Positions 53,349-64,000 are shown, numbered from the stretch's first letter. The stretch: 64,000 nt of DNA from Candidatus Cloacimonadales bacterium (GCA_963662585.1 OY759729.1:1632001-1696000); one strand, 5' to 3'. Translations and numbers: made by a program. Notes: a model not told the origin generated them from the letters alone.

Positions 53349-55217
53349 CTATTTCATTAGAATTGTTTTCCTAGTTGTTCTCTTTTCAGGAGTTATGACT
53401 TTATAGAAGTAAACGCCACTTGAGCATCTGTTGCCATTTAGGTCTCTTCCGTCCCAAGAAATATTATAAATACCTTGAGTAAATGTTTTATCAGCTAGAG
53501 TATTAATCAATTGTCCTTTTAGGTTGTAAACAGCCACTTGAACATGTTGATCTCTTTTAGCTTGAATATCAATTGAGGAAGAAGTATTGAATGGGTTTGG
53601 ATAACTTGATTCACTTATTACTAACTCTTGAGTATCATTTTCATTAGAAACACCATTAGCAATGATAATCTCGAAAGTATTAGAGTCTCCTGATAATCCA
53701 CCTGGTGAATATATACCTCTAATTGAATATGTATAAGTTCCATCTTCAACATTTTCATCAGTATAGGTAAGGATTCCAGTGTCAGTGATAGTAGCGATAA
53801 AGGAAGTTCCTCTAAGTATCTTATAACCGAAAAGTCCTCTGATTTCAGGGAATAAAGGTGGTTCCCATGTTAAGACAACATTATTACCGTTTTCTATAGT
53901 ATAACCTAAATTAGCCGGTGGGGCTAAATCGATGATAGCTGTAGGAGTTTGGAAAGAAACTTCTTCACCTGGCATTAGGTGTTCATCAATAGGAGTTACT
54001 GAGAATTTATAGAACTTTCCAACATTATCAACAGTAAAGTGCATAGTCATAATATCAGCATTAATATTGGTATATTCCATCCAGTCTTCACCATTATCTG
54101 ATTCATACCATTGTCTGATAGAATTACCTTCATTATCGTTATCAGCATCTACGAAATTGTAGATAACATCAATTGATGAATTTTTCATTAAAATACCTTC
54201 AAAAGTAAGGTTTTCAGCTGCAGGAGCAGCATTTTGGAAACCACTACCTGATAAGGTTATAGTGTTATTCTCAAAACCAGGTATGGTAGTTTGAATATCA
54301 ATATAACCACTATATGTTTGTTCTTCTGTAGGTAAGAAAGTAATTGTATGAGTTTGAATTTGACCAGCAGCTAATGTATAGTTCATATCGCCAGTTAAAT
54401 CAAATCCTGCAGCATCCATAGTGATAGTGATATCTGCAGTTGAACTACCTATGTTTGCAACAACAAAAGATTTAGAGAAGTCAGAACCAATATAAGCTTC
54501 ACCGAAATCAGCATCAGTCATAGATACTGCAGCTGAACCTGCTTCTGCAGCTTGATAAATTTCTGGAGAAGTACTTGTCCAACTTTGAACCATAACAAAA
54601 CCTCTAATTGTTTCTGCATCCCAACTTGGGTTAACATTAAAAGAGTGACTAAAGGTTTCACTTGAACCTGCTGAAGTTAAGGTGAAATCAGTAGAATAAT
54701 CATAAGCTATAACTGAAGAAAAGTACTCATCAGAAATATGTCTTGCTAAGACAAAAACTACTTTAACATTATTGTTATCGAAGTTTTCTTCTAGAGTAAC
54801 ATTAGCATTAAGAGTGTATTCTCCATTACTTCCAAGAACAAAAGCATCAATTGTCATAGGGGCTACTGTGTTGATTAATTGGTTATAAACTGCTAAATAT
54901 TGTGAATTATAGGCATCTGGAGCTGCTCCAATTTCTAATTCAGTACCTTGGAAAGCACATTGTGGGATACCATCAGATAAAGATCCTACAAGACCTCTTC
55001 TTGAAGAGTAGCCTGGAGATTCGCTTGCTCCATCTCCTTGCCAAATTAGTGGGACGACATGGGGTTGATTTTCATAAAGATTGAACAGACCTGTTCTTGC
55101 GCGTGGACAGTATGGTCACCATACCTCTGTAAAAACTTCACCTACAACACTGATTTGTGCTGCTGTAAGTAAAAATAAGTTAAGTAACAACATAGCAAAA
55201 AGTATTGCTTTTTTCAT
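53349..55217 (-). CDS. Secreted Omp28/thioredoxin-like selenoprotein (UxxC) with Ig/FN3 and FlgD/T9SS C-terminal domains
   Basis: RBS AAGGAG; signal peptide; GEVFTEVW-TGA-PYC with TGA as codon 34; frame stays open into track ORF 54857..53349; SECIS-like hairpin. Confidence 0.88.
55083..55096 (-). other. Bacterial SECIS-like hairpin
   Basis: GAACA-GGTC-TGTTC starting 20 nt after the TGA. Confidence 0.75.
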
Positions 55218-55480
55218 TCTTACATTCTCCTTTCATTTTTTGATTTTGTTAAAATTTCACATCTTATTGCATTTATATGCAATTGTTGTTTTTTGTGCAA
55301 GCTTTTTTTTGGGGATTATTTTTCACTGTAATTTTAAGGATGAATGATAATAATGAGAGAATACCTATAAGACAGTATTTTCTTATCTAAACTTGCTACT
55401 ATTGACTGAAAATGTAATAGAAAAAAAATACAATTTGATTTAAGTTAAAATTAGGAATAAGAGATATAGTATTAGTCGAT

Positions 55481-56818
55481 TTAGCTTTTCTTTATTTTAA
55501 TCCCGTGTCTTTGAAGTTTCTTAAAAAGATTAGATCTATCAATATTGAGGACAGCTGCAGCCTCATTGAGAGACCAGTCTTTAAACTCCATTATTTGTTC
55601 CAAATAGCTCTTTTCGAAATTCCGGATAGCTTGTTTATAAGGAAGAGGAATGAATGCCCCTTGAGATTTATCTTGGAATATTATATCTTTATTGTCAATC
55701 TTATTACCTTCTAATTGAATGATGATTTTTAGAAGTACATTTTTGAGACCATCAATGTTTTCCTCCCAAGAATGTTTCTTCAATATATTTAGGGCAGAGT
55801 CTGATATGCTTATATCTGTATCTGCAGCCAAATTGTATAAAGAAAGTATGTGCTTGATTATTAAGGGGATATCTTCAGTTCTTTCATCAAGAGAAGGAAT
55901 AATTAGTTTATCTTGGCAGAGATTAAAGAGCATAGGACTTATATTCTCAGAATAAACATCATTATAATATTCACGCTTTGTTGTAAAAATCAGTTTAGTA
56001 TTAACTTCAGAAAAGCTATTCCCATTAAGAGAGCTTAATTTCCTTCCTGATAAAGCTCTTACCATTTTTTCTTGTAATTTTTCAGGTAAAAGGTGGGCAT
56101 TAGTTATCAGTAAGGTTGAATTTTCAGCTTGAACGAATTTTGAACTATTATACTTTTTTGCTAAATCTTTTTCTTTTGAATCTCCAAAGAGAGCGATTTG
56201 CATGTCTTTTATTGTCATATTATGACAATCCATTATATGGATAGGCAGGTTATTTCTACTACTATAATGATGGATCTTTTTCGCTATATTTTCTACCCCA
56301 ACTCCAGCATCAGCAAAAATCATTAGATGATTATTTGTCTGAAGTTTCTTCTTAATCAGATTTTTTACTTGAACTATCTTAGGTGATTCACCAATAAGGT
56401 AGGGTAGTTCATTGTCTGCAGAAGGATAGATAGTATTGTATTTGCTATAATTTAAGATATTTCTCATTGTCAGAAGTAATCTTTCTTCTTGAAGGGGCTT
56501 TTCAATAATATCACTAGCACCACTATTAATTAAATCATTAAATCTATTCATTAAGGTAAGATTATCGCTTGTGACAAAAACAATAGGTATATTTTTTGCA
56601 ATATCTTTCATTGTTTTAAGTGTATTCAAGCCTGTTTGATAATCAGGAAAATAAAGGTCTAGTAAAATCAAGTCGATGGAGTTTTGCTCTATAAAAGCTA
56701 TTGCGGTTTTACTATCATTAGCTACGAAAACACTATATTGGTTTTCAGTTAAGATATATTTAGTTAATTCACAAAATATAAAATCATCATCGGCTATTAA
56801 AATATTAGCTTTAGTCAT
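55481..56818 (-). CDS. NtrC-like response regulator with degenerate AAA+ domain and Fis-HTH
   Basis: Receiver ADDD, LLD, KP; Walker A and B altered; no GAFTGA; C-terminal AAAVLNIDRSNLFKKL. Confidence 0.85.
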   Translation of the reverse strand: MTKANILIADDDFIFCELTKYILTENQYSVFVANDSKTAIAFIEQNSIDLILLDLYFPDYQTGLNTLKTMKDIAKNIPIVFVTSDNLTLMNRFNDLINSGASDIIEKPLQEERLLLTMRNILNYSKYNTIYPSADNELPYLIGESPKIVQVKNLIKKKLQTNNHLMIFADAGVGVENIAKKIHHYSSRNNLPIHIMDCHNMTIKDMQIALFGDSKEKDLAKKYNSSKFVQAENSTLLITNAHLLPEKLQEKMVRALSGRKLSSLNGNSFSEVNTKLIFTTKREYYNDVYSENISPMLFNLCQDKLIIPSLDERTEDIPLIIKHILSLYNLAADTDISISDSALNILKKHSWEENIDGLKNVLLKIIIQLEGNKIDNKDIIFQDKSQGAFIPLPYKQAIRNFEKSYLEQIMEFKDWSLNEAAAVLNIDRSNLFKKLQRHGIKIKKS

Positions 56819-57027
56819 ATATGAATACCTTATTGTAAAAGTTAACACTTCTATTACTATAAATATTTTCTACTTTTTTATTGTCAATTATCGACCCTTC
56901 AAAATGATGTAAAAGACACTATCCACGAATTAGTCATGTTAATAAAAACTTTATTAAAGCATTAATAAAATAACAATAGTATGGTGTCAATAAATATATT
57001 AATATATCATGTATTATAGGAGTAAAA

Positions 57028-57645
57028 GTGACAGATAAAATTAATAGCTATATTGATTCCTTTATAGACTACCCCAATGAATTATTAGGAAAATTAGAAA
57101 TTGCTCATCAAGAGAGAATCAATGTGCAACCTAATATTACTAAACAGGGGGCTAAGCTTCTTTATTGGTTTATTCTCTTAAAAGAAGCAAGAAATGTATT
57201 AGAAATTGGTACTTGCCTGGGTTATTCTGCGATTTGGGCAGGAGAAGCTTTAAGGAAAACAGCTGGCAAATTAACTACAATTGAAATTGATGAGAGATTT
57301 GTTAAGGAAAATGTAGAGAATATTAAAGAAGCTGGTCTAGATACCATAATTGAAGTGATTAGTGGTGATGCTAAGGAATATATAAAAACTATTGATAGTA
57401 AATTTGATATTATTATTATTGATTCTAATAAGCCTCTTTATAACTTGGTTATTGATAAATGTATAGAATTACTCAATCCTAAAGGGATTATTTATGCTGA
57501 CGACACCTTATTCCTTCCTTTAGAATTTAAGGAGAGACTAGCCAAGCCAATGGATGAGTATAATCGCTATGTTAGTCAGCACCCTAGGTTAGAAACAACT
57601 ATATTACCTGTAGGAGATGGAATAACTATTAGCTTCTTAAAATAG
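57028..57645 (+). CDS. O-methyltransferase (family 3, YrrM-like)
   Basis: VLEIGTCLGYSA, FDIIIIDS, ILPVGDG. Confidence 0.9.
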   Translation: MTDKINSYIDSFIDYPNELLGKLEIAHQERINVQPNITKQGAKLLYWFILLKEARNVLEIGTCLGYSAIWAGEALRKTAGKLTTIEIDERFVKENVENIKEAGLDTIIEVISGDAKEYIKTIDSKFDIIIIDSNKPLYNLVIDKCIELLNPKGIIYADDTLFLPLEFKERLAKPMDEYNRYVSQHPRLETTILPVGDGITISFLK

Positions 57646-57696
57646 CTATAAAGAGCTAGTTTAAAGATTTAGGATAGGCAATTATAAGTCCAGATA

Positions 57697-57790
57697 AACT
57701 GCTTTCCCCTTAGTCTTCCCCTTGACCATTACTCTCAATTCAATAAAAAATCAAATATTATTTAAGATGAGTGAGAAGGAGCATTATGAG
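57697..57790 (-). repeat. Family A repeat copy
   Basis: TTTCCCCTTAGTCTTC is the reverse complement of GAAGACTAAGGGGAAA at 30342. Confidence 0.7.
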
Positions 57791-57828
57791 ACAATTAAGA
57801 AGCACTGGGAAAAGAAAATGAAATTAAG

Positions 57829-58090
57829 CTCTTAACTGAGAAAGTGAGCATCCTGCTCGCACCACCCAGTAGCATGTACCAGTTTAAACTTCCATTGACA
57901 TTACTGGGGTTACGGACCTTTAGTCCGTGAATCTTAAATTCCCCTCTTTAGTGCTGAAGGCATGATAAAAGAGAGGTGGCTTCGCAGCAGCTCTTAACTG
58001 GGAACGCAGGCATCTTGCCTGCACCCAGCATGAAATGATGGGTAATCTTAAGTAGTCCAGCACCTAAGTGCTGGACGCGGGCTGGAATCC
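57829..58090. repeat. Cluster of REP-like GC hairpins
   Basis: CTCTTAACTG(A/G)GAA leaders; GCAGGCATCTTGCCTGC, GAGCATCCTGCTC, ACGGACCTTTAGTCCGT, GTCCAGCACCTAAGTGCTGGAC. Confidence 0.75.
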
Positions 58091-59809
58091 CAGACTGTGT
58101 GAAATCACTTTTTGATTTAAGGGAGTTTTGATAAACTTAAATCTGGATTTTTTGTTCATTTCGAGTATCAGGCTAATTTAGCACTCGAAAAGGCAATATT
58201 TATTGCTATTCTTAGCAAAAGTACTATGTTTTTGACAAAATAGACAGCTTTGGACGAACCTCTCCTAAAAAAGGCATTTATGGAGTCCATCATTTTATTA
58301 AATCCGAGAATGTTAAATACTCTTTTAATATTATATGCCAGTGCAGTAAACATAAACTCACCACGAACAGATTCTAAGCCTTTCGTTAAAAATCTACCCT
58401 GATTCATATCCCTTTTTATTGTTCCAAAAGGATGCTCAACAATACATTTTCGTTGACTTAGTATATTCTTACTTACCTTATTAATTTCAAGTTGTTTCTC
58501 CACATATTCATAATAAGGATTCAATGTAAATGTTCTATATTGTTGCTTATTGTCATTAGTACAAGCTTTTAAATCTGGACAACCTTTGCATGTTTTGCGA
58601 CTACCATATTCATGACCTCTATCAGCATTTCTCTTTCTACTAGCGATTAATGTTCTATTGTTAGGACAAATAACACAATCATTAATTTTATCATATTTAA
58701 ACTTAGAGGTTGCGAATGGAGTACCTTTCATTTTCTCTGAATCTTGCATAGTTACATATGTTTTAATACCATCTTCATTACATTTTTTTATCTCTCTACC
58801 AAAACCATAACCCTTATCAGCGACAACTGAAAATTCTGACAAATTATAGGCTTCTTTGGTTAATGAAGACATCCTGTAAAGTTGCTTCGCATCTGTATTA
58901 TCACTACAGGCATCAACCATTAACAATAAATTGTTTTTAGAGTCTGTTACGCTTTGGCAATTATACGATACATCTCTCTTGCTTCCATCTTTTTGCATCA
59001 TTCGACTATCTGGATCTGTATATGAAATTTGTGTTAAACCCTTATCCTTTAACTCTTGTTTTAAGTTTAAATAAAACTCTTCTTTTTCTTTTAATTTTTC
59101 AATACTTTCTAAATGTTGCTCATTTTTATCATTTTTTGATTCTTGTTCTTTGTCATTAGTCGAATATTGTTCATTAAATGTATCAAATTTAGCTTCTATT
59201 TTCTTCAAAATTGTGTTTATTTTGTTTATTGATATATTTTTAGAATTATGGTTAACTGCATCAATAAAAGTACCATCTATAGCTAATAATTCAAAGTCAA
59301 TTAAATTCATATATACCGAGTATTTATTGAATTCCATAAATACGGATTTAATATTTTTTACATTGTTTTTTCTGAAATCAGCTATTGTTTTAAAATCAGG
59401 TTTTAGTTCTTTCATTAGCCATATAAATGGAATATTTTCGTGAGTAGCTAACTCTAATTTTCGACTTGATACAATTCCTCTAAGATATCCATAGACATAC
59501 AATTTTAACATGAATTTAGGATTATAAGCTTTTCTACCAACTCGTTTTGGTTTTGTGTAGGTAAAATTAAACTTCTCTAGATCGAGCCCGTCTATAAAGT
59601 GATCTAGTACTCTTACAAGGTGATTTTCTCCTATTAAAGAATCATAGGTTAAAAACTGAATTTGATGTCTGTCTTTGCCTTGTTTATAGTCCATAATATT
59701 TCTCCTATATTTATGTTTCCAATATAAATATAATGTTCTGTTTGTCAAGAAAATAAATACATTAATTAAACATTTATACATGTTGACATATCTATTTTCA
59801 CACAGTCTG
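58091..59809 (-). mobile_element. IS1182 family insertion sequence
   Basis: Perfect 14 bp IRs CAGACTGTGTGAAA / TTTCACACAGTCTG; flanking TCC duplication. Confidence 0.92.
58168..59694 (-). CDS. IS1182 family transposase
   Basis: SSRKLE, PDFKTIADFRK, AIDGT, TDPDSR, ADKGY, RKCIVEHPFGTIK. Confidence 0.95.
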   Translation of the reverse strand: MDYKQGKDRHQIQFLTYDSLIGENHLVRVLDHFIDGLDLEKFNFTYTKPKRVGRKAYNPKFMLKLYVYGYLRGIVSSRKLELATHENIPFIWLMKELKPDFKTIADFRKNNVKNIKSVFMEFNKYSVYMNLIDFELLAIDGTFIDAVNHNSKNISINKINTILKKIEAKFDTFNEQYSTNDKEQESKNDKNEQHLESIEKLKEKEEFYLNLKQELKDKGLTQISYTDPDSRMMQKDGSKRDVSYNCQSVTDSKNNLLLMVDACSDNTDAKQLYRMSSLTKEAYNLSEFSVVADKGYGFGREIKKCNEDGIKTYVTMQDSEKMKGTPFATSKFKYDKINDCVICPNNRTLIASRKRNADRGHEYGSRKTCKGCPDLKACTNDNKQQYRTFTLNPYYEYVEKQLEINKVSKNILSQRKCIVEHPFGTIKRDMNQGRFLTKGLESVRGEFMFTALAYNIKRVFNILGFNKMMDSINAFFRRGSSKAVYFVKNIVLLLRIAINIAFSSAKLA

Positions 59810-60038
59810 TCCCGCATTCCCAGTTATCAAGGGGACACAGGGGTTGTTTTCTTCTATGGAGTGGAAGCGTCTCTGCTTCCACATTAGAAAATAATAAGAT
59901 AACATTAGATTTTTATAAGGTTTTTCGCATGCAAGGGTGCATGCAATCCGGCAGAAGAGGGATTATCATGCTGTAAACTTTAAGATATGTCATTGCCTCG
60001 CAATGAGGCGGGCTGGAAGCCCACATTCCCAGTTAAGA
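59810..60038. repeat. Continuation of the REP-like cluster
   Basis: GTGGAAGCGTCTCTGCTTCCAC; GCGGGCTGGAAGCCCACATTCCCAGTTAAGA. Confidence 0.7.
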
Positions 60039-60053
60039 AGCCCCTCATCTTTT

Positions 60054-60091
60054 AATTCTGAATTCTCAATTCTCAATTCTCAATTCTGAAT
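60054..60091. repeat. Heptamer microsatellite (AATTCT[C/G])n
   Basis: About 5 copies directly after the racemase stop codon. Confidence 0.8.
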
Positions 60092-61167
60092 TATTTATAG
60101 ACTACTTTCTTTTCTATATATCTAGAGTTCATCAACTTTAGCAGTCCCATATAGTCCATACTAAAAGCTAATTCATCTCCGACTTTATATTTTTTAGGGT
60201 TATTCTTAAGATCCATAACAATCATATCAGAGCTAGCACCGACAAATTCTAAGCTTTTATCATTACACCAGATATGTTTATCATCAACATCTAAAAGACC
60301 TAAACCAATGATTGCTCGATAAGAAGTATCAGAAGCTTTAGATTGATCAAAATCAAAGCTTTCTCCTTCTAGATTTGTACCAAAATTACCAGTAGGAACT
60401 CTAGGCTTTTCAATCAATTCAATAATTTCTGCATAGAGAGTAAAGATATCATGGGCCATATCATCCAGCTTAGTGTCATTATAGACATTAGTGCCGAGAT
60501 AGAGAGTTTCCCCCATTCTAAAATGATTAATCCCTTTAGGGAGAGTTCTATTAAGAACAAGAGGGAATACTACAGAGCTTCCTCCTGAGACATAAGGTAT
60601 TTGTCGATTAAACTTAGCTTCTATTAATTGTTCATAGAGGCTAAGTTGAATCAATTTGTCGGGATTTGGTAATACTCCGTAGAGACAGGAAAAATTAGTA
60701 CCAATTCCAACCACTTTGATATTATCTAGCTTGAAAACCTTTTCATAGAAATCGATAAAATCTTCTCTGAGAACACCTTCTCTTAGCTCTCCCATCTCAA
60801 TCATAATGATAATTTTATGAGTTTTATTCTGTTTTTTGGCAGCTTTAGCCAAGGCACTAATGGTTGTTAATTCAGTGTTTACGCTTATATCAGCATATTT
60901 TACAACATTAGATACATCTTTTTTAGAAGGAGGCTTAATATAAATTGTCTCGATTTTATCATTTATTGCTTTAATATTTCTTAAGTTTGATATTCTTGAA
61001 TCACAAACTTGACTCATACCCAAGTTTAACAATTCGGTAAGAAAGGTCTTATTTCCACATAAAACTTTGGTTACGATAGACCACTGTATGCCATTATCAT
61101 TAAATATCTTATCAAGATACTCATAGTTAAATTTTAATGATTCGATATTCATTTCTAAAATGGCCAT
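60091..61167 (-). CDS. Alanine/ornithine racemase family PLP enzyme
   Basis: VTKVLCG, DSRISNL, MIEMGELREG, SGGSS, GASSDM. Confidence 0.88.
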   Translation of the reverse strand: MAILEMNIESLKFNYEYLDKIFNDNGIQWSIVTKVLCGNKTFLTELLNLGMSQVCDSRISNLRNIKAINDKIETIYIKPPSKKDVSNVVKYADISVNTELTTISALAKAAKKQNKTHKIIIMIEMGELREGVLREDFIDFYEKVFKLDNIKVVGIGTNFSCLYGVLPNPDKLIQLSLYEQLIEAKFNRQIPYVSGGSSVVFPLVLNRTLPKGINHFRMGETLYLGTNVYNDTKLDDMAHDIFTLYAEIIELIEKPRVPTGNFGTNLEGESFDFDQSKASDTSYRAIIGLGLLDVDDKHIWCNDKSLEFVGASSDMIVMDLKNNPKKYKVGDELAFSMDYMGLLKLMNSRYIEKKVVYK

Positions 61168-61619
61168 TATTTTGCTCCCTGCAAGTATCTCATTTCTAGG
61201 TATTTATTTGTAAATCCTATTTTCTCGTAGAGAAATTTTGCTGGATTGTCTGGTTCTACATGGAGGGCAATGTTACCTTCAGAGACTTCGATTGCTTTGT
61301 TCATCAATTCTTTGCCCAGCTTTCTACCTCTATAGTCGTGATGAACTGCAATATAAACTAGAATATTCTCAGGAATATAATCCTTCATTCCTGTTTGATT
61401 GATTACTACAGCGCCTACTATCTGCTCATCTAAATATTTAACAATAATTTTTCCCCCGAAGGAATCTTCCATAGTTAGGGCAAAATCCATAGCTTTTTTG
61501 ATATCAGCTAAGGCATCTCCATACTCTTCTAAATGTCTTTTTAAAAAATTTGCAATACTCGTATACTCTTCATCCGTTGGTTTTTGTTCAGGTGTAAATA
61601 TATTTACACTATTATTCAT
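61167..61619 (-). CDS. GNAT N-acetyltransferase
   Basis: IAVHHDYRGRKLGK, NPAKFLYEKIGF. Confidence 0.92.
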   Translation of the reverse strand: MNNSVNIFTPEQKPTDEEYTSIANFLKRHLEEYGDALADIKKAMDFALTMEDSFGGKIIVKYLDEQIVGAVVINQTGMKDYIPENILVYIAVHHDYRGRKLGKELMNKAIEVSEGNIALHVEPDNPAKFLYEKIGFTNKYLEMRYLQGAK

Positions 61620-61693
61620 AATATCTCCTTATTTTTTAGATTAAAAATCTTAATATATTAATAATCAATAAGTTAGATATGTCAAGTTATTTT

Positions 61694-62443
61694 TTAATTA
61701 ATCTTTTTCCAATAGAAGAGAAAAATAGCCTGAATGGAGACCTGGAAGACTACAGCAGTTAGAATTATTAAGAGTAGATAAGAATAAACTTCTGTCATGT
61801 TGTAAAAAACTCTGGCATTATTAAACAAGAAGCCAATTCCATCAGCACAACCTACAAATTCGCCGAGAATGATTATTTTTAAAGAGAGAGCTGTGCAAGT
61901 GAGGAAATTTACTTTAAACACAGGATATAGTTTAGGGATATAGACATGAAGGATAATATCTTTAATTCCGCCTCCAAAAACATTGATTACTTCCACCAAC
62001 TCTTTAGTATGGTCTAATAGCCCGTTCACAGTGTTAGTTGCGACAATGGGCGTAATCATGATAATAATCATGCCAATTGGAACTATAGAACCAACTCCAT
62101 AAAAGAGGATTAAAAAAGAAGCAATTATTACTCCAGGTACTACCTGTAAAAGAGAAAGAATATTCTCTATATAGTTATTTATTTTAAGAATAAATGACAG
62201 AATACCAATAAAAGTTCCCAGAAAGAAAGAGAAAAGAAAACCGATAAAAAGACGATACATTGTAAGATAGTAATGATGTCCAACTGCTTTATCTTGCAAT
62301 AAATCAAAGATATTAGCTATTATGTACCAGGGAGAGGGTACTATATAACTTTCGAAAAAAAGTGAAATAACCCCCCAAACCATTAACAGAGTTAGAAGTC
62401 CTAAAAGACTTTTCTTAATTGAGTTCCAAAATTCTTTCAGCAA
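61694..62443 (-). CDS. NitT/TauT-type ABC transporter permease
   Basis: PSP motif, about 6 TM helices, EAA-like loop, GEF...GIG. Confidence 0.85.
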   Translation of the reverse strand: MLKEFWNSIKKSLLGLLTLLMVWGVISLFFESYIVPSPWYIIANIFDLLQDKAVGHHYYLTMYRLFIGFLFSFFLGTFIGILSFILKINNYIENILSLLQVVPGVIIASFLILFYGVGSIVPIGMIIIMITPIVATNTVNGLLDHTKELVEVINVFGGGIKDIILHVYIPKLYPVFKVNFLTCTALSLKIIILGEFVGCADGIGFLFNNARVFYNMTEVYSYLLLIILTAVVFQVSIQAIFLFYWKKIN

Positions 62444-63338
62444 GATTGTTTTCCTTTTTTATTAGCTTGTATAGATTTTCGATAGAATTCTTTAAACTCT
62501 CTCCATCTTGATAATTGAAAGCTGTTCGTTTAAGAGTATTTAAAGTATATTCTCCCCTATTTGGGTAGTCAGCACCAATTCTAGTTAGCATTAACTCTGG
62601 GTTTGTTCTTAAACTATCACTATATAATTTTGTTAAGTAATTAATGCTGGCAATATTTTTCATATCTAAGTCTTTACTGATTAAAAGGACTTGAACAGCA
62701 GAAGTAGTTTTAAAGTTATCTTCATAAAGTTGGTTGAGAGAGAGACTAACTTTCAATTTAAACTTATTCTCTGCAATAGAGGCAAATGGTTCAGGAAGCC
62801 AAACTAAGAGTTCTGAATCCTGCTGGAGAAGCTGTAAAGAGCTAGCAAAAGGTAAATATCTAACAAAGTAATCAGTATCTTTAACTAGTTCATTCTTTTC
62901 AGCTATAGCAAGAAAAAGAAGCTCCATTGGTGAATCAGCAAAGGGGAAAACAATAGTTTGACCTCTAATATCAGATAATGAATTTATCTCTCTATTACTA
63001 ACTAAATGAGTCAAATTATCTATCTGAGAGCTAAGAAGATCAAATTCCACTCCTTGCTTGCTAAAACTATTTGCCACAGATATTCCTGTAAGCAATAACT
63101 TAGCATCACCTCTTAGAAATTTAGCATTTGCTTGTGAGTGATTAAGGAAGAAATCCAGAGAGAATCCTGGATTATCTTTTAAAGCCAAATAAAGAGGAAG
63201 AGAAGAAGGGGTCTGAGGTAAAAGAATATTTATCTTGGGAACAGCCTCACTAACTACATTTTTATCTACACTCTTTTTCTGACAGCCTACAAATAATATT
63301 AATAAGACTAGGAACACTATATTTAAAAACTTTTTCAT
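62415..63338 (-). CDS. ABC substrate-binding lipoprotein (NitT/TauT-like)
   Basis: Lipobox FVGC; LSDIRGQTI; LPEPFAS. Confidence 0.8.
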   Translation of the reverse strand: MKKFLNIVFLVLLILFVGCQKKSVDKNVVSEAVPKINILLPQTPSSLPLYLALKDNPGFSLDFFLNHSQANAKFLRGDAKLLLTGISVANSFSKQGVEFDLLSSQIDNLTHLVSNREINSLSDIRGQTIVFPFADSPMELLFLAIAEKNELVKDTDYFVRYLPFASSLQLLQQDSELLVWLPEPFASIAENKFKLKVSLSLNQLYEDNFKTTSAVQVLLISKDLDMKNIASINYLTKLYSDSLRTNPELMLTRIGADYPNRGEYTLNTLKRTAFNYQDGESLKNSIENLYKLIKKENNLAERILELN

Positions 63339-63464
63339 CTATTCTCCTCTAAATTAATCTAACTTCTTTATAAATAAATATATAATTTGACAAAGTTTTA
63401 AGGTAAGAATATTGTCAAATTGTTTTAACTAAGCAATAAGAACTTTTCACAAAAGAGAGAAAAT

Positions 63465-64000
63465 ATGATAAAAAAAAGAGAGACCTGGTTAGATTCTTTA
63501 AAAGGTTTAGGAATACTATTTGTTGTTTTAGGCCACTGTTACCCACCCCAACAGAATCTAACAAATTACCTCTACTCTTTTCACATAGCCTTATTCTTTG
63601 TAATATCCGGATATCTTTTACCTGCAAGCCCTACTAAAGAGAGTTTTAGTCTTTTCTTTAAGAAGAGATTCAAGAGATTAATGCTTCCTTATTTCGGTTA
63701 CGGATTCTTTACTTACATTATTTGGCTGTTTGTAGGAAGGAATTTTGGGGTAAATAAAGAGTTAGCTATTGAGCCTCTTAAGCCCTTACTAGGTCTTTTT
63801 TATGGTAATGGTTTTGATAATTATCTAGTTTTTAATATCACAATTTGGTTTTTACCTGCTTTATTTTCAACCCTAATCATTTACTATATGATATCACTTT
63901 TCTTTAAGAAAAAACTAAGATTATTTATTGCTGTTTTATCACTTCTGGGAATTGGCTTTTTAGATAGCAAGTTTAACAATTTTCGCTTACCTTGGGGAAT
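63465..64000 (+). CDS. Acyltransferase family 3 protein, truncated by the window end
   Basis: WLDSLKGLGILFVVLGH, YSFHIALFFVISGY, WFLPALF; not in the ORF track. Confidence 0.88.
   Translation, partial: MIKKRETWLDSLKGLGILFVVLGHCYPPQQNLTNYLYSFHIALFFVISGYLLPASPTKESFSLFFKKRFKRLMLPYFGYGFFTYIIWLFVGRNFGVNKELAIEPLKPLLGLFYGNGFDNYLVFNITIWFLPALFSTLIIYYMISLFFKKKLRLFIAVLSLLGIGFLDSKFNNFRLPWG

Noticed and set aside
54902..55347. Short + strand ORFs
   Set aside because: Antisense shadows of the selenoprotein N-terminus

Overview
AT-rich bacterial chromosomal window, probably Cloacimonadota or a related anaerobe. This is inferred from the kamA-kdd lysine fermentation genes and several secreted proteins ending in a FlgD-Ig/T9SS-type C-terminal domain. 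Housekeeping genes include rsgA-nadK-recN, eno, addAB, cca-kdsB-mnmG-engB-queD, glnA and tyrS. Highlights: (1) A ~10 kb island (30.4-40.2 kb) bounded by ~110 bp direct repeats. It carries a 7-gene operon encoding SLOG, Zn-peptidase-like, MORN-repeat, phage SAM-lyase-like, degenerate MetK-like and two methyltransferase-like proteins, next to a decayed PLD-SNF2 defence helicase. (2) A secreted Omp28/thioredoxin-like selenoprotein missed by the ORF track (W-TGA-P-Y-C plus a SECIS-like hairpin). (3) A class C-like group II intron inserted right after that gene's terminator. (4) A 13+ copy 60 bp hairpin tandem array. (5) A REP-carrying MITE with an 8 bp target duplication, an IS1182 inserted inside a REP, and an AAA+-dead NtrC-like regulator. 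All protein family calls are by-eye motif recognition; no database searches were run.
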